Position numbers and translations under genes: made by a program
Source of the DNA: Candidatus Shapirobacteria bacterium
Lineage (GTDB): Bacteria; Patescibacteriota; Microgenomatia; UBA12405
NCBI GenBank assembly: GCA_028704885.1
Contig: JAQWEN010000001.1
Location: 427,999-491,998, forward strand
DNA length: 64,000 nucleotides
Direction of reading: 5' to 3'
Shown: piece by piece, positions 58,999 through 64,000 of the stretch
Numbering within the stretch: the stretch's first letter is position 1
How the letters are laid out: each line of letters starts with the position of its first letter
Notes under the pieces: generated by a model
Told to the model about the DNA's origin: nothing
The model's input: the letters and a program-made list of their open reading frames with translations, nothing else
Databases searched by the model: none

Positions 58999-59758
58999 CT
59001 TGGAGGTTGTTTCGAATAACTCTAAAAATTTCCTGCATCATTTGTTTTGATTCTTTTTTGAAACGAGCTGAATCATCACCTTTAGTAGTGCTTAAATCTT
59101 CATTTTTCCAATCAACTTCAACCTCTTTTATTTTATATCCCCATTTTTGGGCCATAAATAAAAGTTCAACATCAAAAGCGGAAACTCGCCAACCTTTTTT
59201 GTCTGATTTATCTTTAAAAAATTGAAGATTGGGAAATATTTTTTTGGCTAAATCGGTTTTTATAGCTTTAAAACCACACTGGGTATCAATTATATTAGGA
59301 AGTAAAAATAAACGACGACCAAAAAGGAAACCTCGAGCCATTATTTTTCTAATTATGGAATTACCTTCTCTGGATATACCACGAGAACCAATTACAACAT
59401 CATAATTTTGATCAAAAAATGGGATTAATTTGGTTAATTCTTTTAATGGAGTAGATTGATCCATATCAGTAAAAAGAGTTAATGGATATTTGGCTTGTTT
59501 AATTCCACCCCAAACGGCTGATGGTTTACCACCATGAGGTAAATCTAAGACTCGAAAACCTTTGTGTTTAGAGACAAAATCTTGGGCTAATTTAAGACTG
59601 TTATCAGTAGATTCATCATTACAAACAATTACTTCCCATTTAAATTGTTGAGTTTTTAAAAAAGCATAAACCTCATTTAAAACTCCATTTTTTAAATTAT
59701 TTTCTTCGTTATAGCAAGGGATTATTATTGAGATAGAGATCATTGGTTTATTATACAA
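58979..59758 (-). CDS. Polyprenol-phosphate sugar synthase (GT2, Dpm1/GtrB/ArnC-like)
   Basis: ISISIIIPCYNEENNL...WEVIVCNDESTDNS, HGGKPSAVWGG, TDMDQSTP, VVIGSRG and IIDTQCGFKAIK. Confidence 0.8.
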   Translation of the reverse strand: MYNKPMISISIIIPCYNEENNLKNGVLNEVYAFLKTQQFKWEVIVCNDESTDNSLKLAQDFVSKHKGFRVLDLPHGGKPSAVWGGIKQAKYPLTLFTDMDQSTPLKELTKLIPFFDQNYDVVIGSRGISREGNSIIRKIMARGFLFGRRLFLLPNIIDTQCGFKAIKTDLAKKIFPNLQFFKDKSDKKGWRVSAFDVELLFMAQKWGYKIKEVEVDWKNEDLSTTKGDDSARFKKESKQMMQEIFRVIRNNLQGVYDQK

Positions 59759-59775
59759 AAAATAAGGGATAATGC

Positions 59776-59789
59776 TATTATAATTTCAT
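59776..59789 (+). promoter_or_regulatory. Extended -10 TGcTATTAT / TATAAT (59773-59784) 5-8 nt upstream of the ATG at 59790; candidate leaderless promoter
   Basis: A 31-nt divergent intergenic gap with no Shine-Dalgarno sequence. Confidence 0.3.
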
Positions 59790-61001
59790 ATGGTTATATC
59801 GAAAAAAGTTTTTTTAGGACTATTTGTAGTAGCTTTTTTATTGAGAATTGGATTAGCAATTAGTACCTATCATTCGGATATCGGATCATTTGCAATGGCG
59901 GGAAAATATATAGTTGGTGAGGGTAAAGTTTTAGGATTTTTTGATGCAGTAACCACCAGAGGAACAAAAGGTGAATTAAAACTTTTTGGCGATCAAATAG
60001 TTTTTAACTATCAACCATTGGCTTATCTAATTCCTTCGGCTATTTATTTACCATTTAGACCGATAATTATTAACACGGCTAGTCAGTTAGTAAACACTAA
60101 TTGGACAGCATTACATCAAAAAAGTATTTACTGGCCACTTTTGATTTACAAATTACCAATGATATTAGCAGATTTGGCAATAGTTTTATTGTTACCTAAA
60201 TTGTTTGAGGATAAAAAGAAAAAAATATTAGCTCAAATATTATGGCTTTTTAACCCAATTGCAATTTATGTTAGTTCGATGATGGGTCAAGTAGATATAA
60301 TAATTGCTTTATTTTTATTATTAGCTTTGATTAATTTAAAAAATAAAAGAAATTATAAAGCAGTAGTTTGGGTGGCATTATCGGCATTAATTAAACCGGC
60401 TGGACTAATTTTGATTCCAATTGTAGCCATAAACGAATTCCATAAAAAAAATAATTGGTTTGATTTAATCAAAACCGCCTTTTTGGGTTGTTTGGTTTAC
60501 GGTTTAGGAGTGGCATCTTATATTTGGTCTCCAGCTTATAGATATTTTTCTTTATTTGCTGAACAAATTGGGAAAAGTACTTTTGCTGGGATAGCAGTAG
60601 CTTCTGGAACAGTAATTCCTTGGTTTTTCATAGCTTTTATTTTTGGTTTATTTTTATTTTGGAAAAAGAAAATTAATATTGAAACTATTTTTGGATTGTC
60701 TTTAATAACAAGTCTAGTATTTACTCATTTTCATCCACAATGGTTGGTTTGGATAATGCCGTGGATGATTTATGAATCAATTAGAAAAGAAGAAATAGTT
60801 CTTTATTTGGGAATGATAGCGGCTTGGTTGGGAATAGTTTTTTCCTTTGATTCAACCCTGCATATTGATATGTTTTTAGCCCGAGGAATGGTAACGGCAA
60901 CTACATTCAGTGGTAATTTAATATCGGAAATAACAATGTTATCTAGAGCTTATTTGGTAGCTATAACTGGATATAAATTTATCGAAAAGAAAGAAAACTA
61001 A
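59790..61001 (+). CDS. Polytopic membrane protein, HxD-motif family member 3 (putative GT-C)
   Basis: AISTYHSDIGSF, YKLPMILADLAIVLLL, LFNPIAIYVS and LIKPAGLIL. Confidence 0.45.
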   Translation: MVISKKVFLGLFVVAFLLRIGLAISTYHSDIGSFAMAGKYIVGEGKVLGFFDAVTTRGTKGELKLFGDQIVFNYQPLAYLIPSAIYLPFRPIIINTASQLVNTNWTALHQKSIYWPLLIYKLPMILADLAIVLLLPKLFEDKKKKILAQILWLFNPIAIYVSSMMGQVDIIIALFLLLALINLKNKRNYKAVVWVALSALIKPAGLILIPIVAINEFHKKNNWFDLIKTAFLGCLVYGLGVASYIWSPAYRYFSLFAEQIGKSTFAGIAVASGTVIPWFFIAFIFGLFLFWKKKINIETIFGLSLITSLVFTHFHPQWLVWIMPWMIYESIRKEEIVLYLGMIAAWLGIVFSFDSTLHIDMFLARGMVTATTFSGNLISEITMLSRAYLVAITGYKFIEKKEN

Positions 61002-61002
61002 A

Positions 61003-62481
61003 TTAATTTTTTGTACCATCTGGGTTTTTGACAAGTTTGAATATTTTTATGCCGTTGATCTCCCATTGATTATCAATTTTGGCCCAGCCAAAAGCAGCAA
61101 CTGACCATTCTGGATTACCGATAGGATTACATTCTATTTGGAAAGGTTCACAAACAACAAAAAGCTGGTCAGCTAATTTCTCTGGTAAATTGACTATTTT
61201 AGCCTGTTTAGTAGCTAAAATATAACGATATGGAGGATCATAGTTTTGTTTAGCAAGAAGGGCAAAATTAAAATCTTGGTTATTAGAATTGGCAATAATA
61301 GTATCAGCAATTTGATTAACAGTTTTTAGTTGAGAGTTAGGTTGGTAACGAAATGGATTATTAGTAAAAGAAAAGATAGTTATTAGGATAAAAAATGGAA
61401 CACCAATAAGTTTAAATTTATTAATTAAAAAAGCAGCAAGAATAAAAACTGAAGGAAAAAGGAAAGCAAAATAATGAGCATAGATATGTTGTTTATAAAG
61501 AGCCAAAGCAATTAATCCTGATAAGTACCAGAAAAAAATAATCCAAAAAGAAGATTTTTGTTTTTTATATTTAAGAAGAAGAGGTATAAGACAAAGAGTA
61601 AAAATAATACTAATTATTATGCCGACAGTTTTGTCTCTGCCAGTAAGAAGATCCGTATTAACTTGATTAAAGATACTTGGGAGCTCAGGAATGGCTTTGT
61701 AGGCTTTAATATTAACAGTGGTTTCACGATAAGTGAAAAAATTCAAAAGAGCTTTGGCGTTTTGACCATTGTGCTTGAGATCAAAAAGAACCTGAGGAGT
61801 GAGAGAAATAATAAAAATTAAAGCGGCTAAAAGGGTATATTTTATGAAGGGTTTTAAATTTGGTGATTTTGTTTTGATAAATTTAACAAGGTTATAAAGC
61901 CAAAAAAGACCAGTAAATGGTAAAAGGGCCAATCCAAGATAATGACTATTCATCACCATAACAAAAGCTATAGAAGCATATAGGAAATAATGAAATTTTT
62001 TGGATTTGAAGCTTTCAAAAAAGAAATAAATAAAAAGGAGACTGAAAAAAGGCATGATATTGGGATTCCAGATGAAATTGGAATATTTGATAGTTACCGG
62101 AGAAATGGCATATAAAAAGGCAGCAATATAGGCGGTTTTTGGATTAAACCATTTTTTACTGATAAAAAATATAAGAGCAACTGTGGCAATACTTAATAGA
62201 GCAATAAAGATAGCGGGGCCAACTGGGTTGTAATTGGCTAATAATAAGGAAGGAGCGATTAAGTAATAAAAATAAGGGCCAAGATACATGTTGCCAATAC
62301 TAGTTTGAGGGCCGATAAAGAATAAATTACCATGTTGAAGAAAATCTTTAATAATAACCACATCTCGGCCTTGATCACCCAAGAATTCCATATAGTCAGA
62401 AATTCGGTAAAGACGAAAGAAAGAGGCAATTAAAAGAATGATTATTAAAAGCCAATATTTTTTAAGAATTTTTTTAAGCAC
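61003..62481 (-). CDS. PMT_2/GT39-like GT-C membrane glycosyltransferase (paralog I, DxxRD variant)
   Basis: YMEFLGDQGRDVVIIKDFLQHGNLFFIGPQTSIGNMYLGPYFYY and more than 10 TM helices. The track start (TTG at 62595) overlaps the upstream GT2 by 122 nt; an in-frame GTG at 62479-62481 gives an 8-nt overlap and is preferred. Confidence 0.6.
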   Translation of the reverse strand: MLKKILKKYWLLIIILLIASFFRLYRISDYMEFLGDQGRDVVIIKDFLQHGNLFFIGPQTSIGNMYLGPYFYYLIAPSLLLANYNPVGPAIFIALLSIATVALIFFISKKWFNPKTAYIAAFLYAISPVTIKYSNFIWNPNIMPFFSLLFIYFFFESFKSKKFHYFLYASIAFVMVMNSHYLGLALLPFTGLFWLYNLVKFIKTKSPNLKPFIKYTLLAALIFIISLTPQVLFDLKHNGQNAKALLNFFTYRETTVNIKAYKAIPELPSIFNQVNTDLLTGRDKTVGIIISIIFTLCLIPLLLKYKKQKSSFWIIFFWYLSGLIALALYKQHIYAHYFAFLFPSVFILAAFLINKFKLIGVPFFILITIFSFTNNPFRYQPNSQLKTVNQIADTIIANSNNQDFNFALLAKQNYDPPYRYILATKQAKIVNLPEKLADQLFVVCEPFQIECNPIGNPEWSVAAFGWAKIDNQWEINGIKIFKLVKNPDGTKN

Positions 62482-63238
62482 GGTGAAAATTAATTTTATA
62501 CCAAAGCTTAAATAAATCAGAAAAGCTTTTAATGATAACTTTAATGTTTCTGCCCGTAGCTTGACCTTCAACCCGAGGATAATGATGAACTCCAACTTCG
62601 CTGATTTTGAAGCCAGCCTTTTTGGATTTGATTAAGAATTCACTACTAATAAAGGCTCCCCTTTCAGCTTCTAGCTTGGGAACAGTGTCAACAACCTTCT
62701 TATTGATTAGCTTGAAACCACAATCAATATCGGTGACATGAAGACCAAAAAGAACAAAAACGATGAGTTCCCAAATTTTGCTGGTAACAATGGCAGCTTT
62801 TGAGACTTGACGGGCCAAATAGTAGCCAATAATAATATCAGAATTAGTTTTTTGCTGCTTTTCAATGAGCTTAGTGATCTCAGTAAAGTCAAACTGACCA
62901 TCGGCATCAGTGAAGGCAATCCACTGATATTGAGCATTATAAAGGCCACTTTTAAGGGCGGCACCATAGCCACGATTTGGGTTGTGAGTGATGATTTTTA
63001 CTTGTTTTGGATAGTCTTTTTTAATTTCTTCTAAGACTTTGGCAGTGTTATCTTTGGAACCATCATTAATTAAAATAATTTCCCATTTTTCGGCTATTTT
63101 TTGAAGAACGGGGATGGTTTTACTGATAGTATTTTTAATGTTTTTCTCTTCGTTATAACAAGGAAAAAAGACAGAAAGCTCATTTATTAAAAATTTATTC
63201 ATGGCTAAAGTATAAGGCAAAAGAGGCTTAAAATACAA
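62474..63238 (-). CDS. Polyprenol-phosphate sugar synthase (GT2, Dpm1/GtrB/ArnC-like)
   Basis: LSVFFPCYNEEKNIKNTI...WEIILINDGSKDNT, NRGYGAALKSG, TDADGQFD, IIIGYYLAR and TDIDCGFKLINKK. Confidence 0.8.
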   Translation of the reverse strand: MYFKPLLPYTLAMNKFLINELSVFFPCYNEEKNIKNTISKTIPVLQKIAEKWEIILINDGSKDNTAKVLEEIKKDYPKQVKIITHNPNRGYGAALKSGLYNAQYQWIAFTDADGQFDFTEITKLIEKQQKTNSDIIIGYYLARQVSKAAIVTSKIWELIVFVLFGLHVTDIDCGFKLINKKVVDTVPKLEAERGAFISSEFLIKSKKAGFKISEVGVHHYPRVEGQATGRNIKVIIKSFSDLFKLWYKINFHRA

Positions 63239-63255
63239 GGGAAATGGGGCCTATC

Positions 63256-63284
63256 TTGACAAATTGGTGAATTGGACATATAAT
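63256..63284 (+). promoter_or_regulatory. Perfect sigma70 consensus promoter TTGACA-N17-TATAAT
   Basis: TTGACA at 63256-63261, a 17-nt spacer, then TATAAT at 63279-63284. The -10 box overlaps the track's ATG at 63283, so translation probably starts downstream. Confidence 0.5.
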
Positions 63285-63312
63285 GGCCTATAATTATATA
63301 TTAATAACGCAG

Positions 63313-63933
63313 GTGAAACACAAAATATTAACTATCAGCTTTGTATTTGGGGCAATGGCGATATTATTCTTATCGTTATTCAGTCCTTCTAAGGCCTATG
63401 GTCAATCTTATTCTCAAGGTGAAAAAGCCAAACTTTCAATTGATAAAAAGATCCGATCTGTTGGTGATACTCAATATTATGACAATATTGAAGCTTCTAA
63501 TAAAACTTTTTATGAAAATGATGTAATCGAGTTTCAAATTAGAATCGAAAATATCAGCACTGAAGTGGTCTATAATATTAATACAAAAGATATTTTACCT
63601 AAATATTTAAGCTTAATCTTTTATCCTGGCACTTTTGATAAAGATCAATATATTGTTGAATGGAATATTGATAAATTAGAAGCTGGTGAAAGTAAAACAT
63701 ACTTAATTAGAGCTAAAATTAAAGATGCTACCAAGTTTAATGCTTTAACTAAACAAACTAATAAAGCTGAAGCTTGTGGTGGTGGTTCTTGTGATCAAGA
63801 CTATGCCAGTTACTTTATTGGCAAAACAACTGTACCAGCTACTGGTGCTTCTGATATAGCTTTAAAAACAATTTTAGTTATCTCAATTGCGGCTACTGGA
63901 TTTTATTTCAGAAAGTTAGCTAGAGAATATTAA
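63313..63933 (+). CDS. Secreted DUF11-like surface protein with a C-terminal sorting-signal-like tail (VPATG motif, hydrophobic helix, basic tail)
   Basis: With a GTG start at 63313 the N-terminus is (M)KHKILTISFVFGAMAILFLSLFSPSKA/YGQ, a textbook signal peptide. AGGTGA at 63311-63316 is complementary to the 16S 3' end. The mature domain resembles DUF11-type cell-surface repeats (VIEFQIRIENISTEVVYNINTKDILPKYL). The C-terminus is TVPATGASDIALKTILVISIAATGFYFRKLAREY. The track ORF starts at 63283. Confidence 0.55.
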   Translation: MKHKILTISFVFGAMAILFLSLFSPSKAYGQSYSQGEKAKLSIDKKIRSVGDTQYYDNIEASNKTFYENDVIEFQIRIENISTEVVYNINTKDILPKYLSLIFYPGTFDKDQYIVEWNIDKLEAGESKTYLIRAKIKDATKFNALTKQTNKAEACGGGSCDQDYASYFIGKTTVPATGASDIALKTILVISIAATGFYFRKLAREY

Positions 63934-63950
63934 TCTAAATTAAACCTTTG

Positions 63951-63984
63951 AAAATCCCCTGTCGAAAGATGGGGGATTTTTATT
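63951..63984 (+). terminator. Rho-independent terminator
   Basis: aaaatcccc-tgtcgaaagatg-ggggatttt forms a 9-bp stem (5 G-C pairs) that extends into a GAAA-tetraloop hairpin and is followed by a T-run. It lies 18 nt after the stop of the surface-protein gene. Confidence 0.6.
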
Positions 63985-64000
63985 ACCACATAATACGTAT

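Noticed and set aside
1-64000. Mobile-element island (transposase, integrase, phage genes) explaining the accessory content
   Set aside because: No ORF shows transposase DDE, tyrosine-recombinase RHRY or phage structural motifs. The only insertion-like feature is the small 4HB cassette.

Overview
This window is AT-rich, tightly packed (about 98% coding) and has many overlapping genes. The gene content and coding style suggest a CPR/Patescibacteria-like bacterium, but that is an inference. Almost the whole window is one very large cell-envelope glycosylation locus. It holds about 13 GT2 and 4 GT4 glycosyltransferases, 3 SDR sugar-nucleotide epimerase/dehydratases, 3 SAM methyltransferases, 4 cobalamin-type (B12-binding) radical SAM enzymes and 1 SPASM radical SAM enzyme. 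It also holds an acyltransferase-3, a Wzx-type flippase and a Wzm/Wzt ABC exporter. There are at least 17 large polytopic GT-C-like membrane proteins: 9 PMT_2/GT39/ArnT-like paralogs plus one truncated copy, a TMTC-like DD-motif plus TPR protein, a 3-member DD-motif family, a 3-member HxD-motif family, and one other. Three Dpm1/GtrB/ArnC-like polyprenol-phosphate sugar synthases sit next to GT-C genes. At the right end, a strongly promoted secreted DUF11-like surface protein with a C-terminal sorting-signal-like tail is a candidate glycosylation substrate. Other features are a four-helix-bundle (23S-IVS/Avd-family) gene inserted between wzm and wzt and bracketed by 16-nt-periodic direct repeats, a CTAG palindrome cluster, and two related GC-rich intergenic hairpin elements. 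Several divergent junctions place -10 boxes 5-8 nt from the start codon, suggesting leaderless mRNAs. No rRNA, tRNA, CRISPR, transposase or reverse transcriptase was recognised. All family assignments come from motifs read directly in the translated ORFs; no database search was possible. The ORF track reports GTG/TTG starts as M, so several start coordinates are uncertain.
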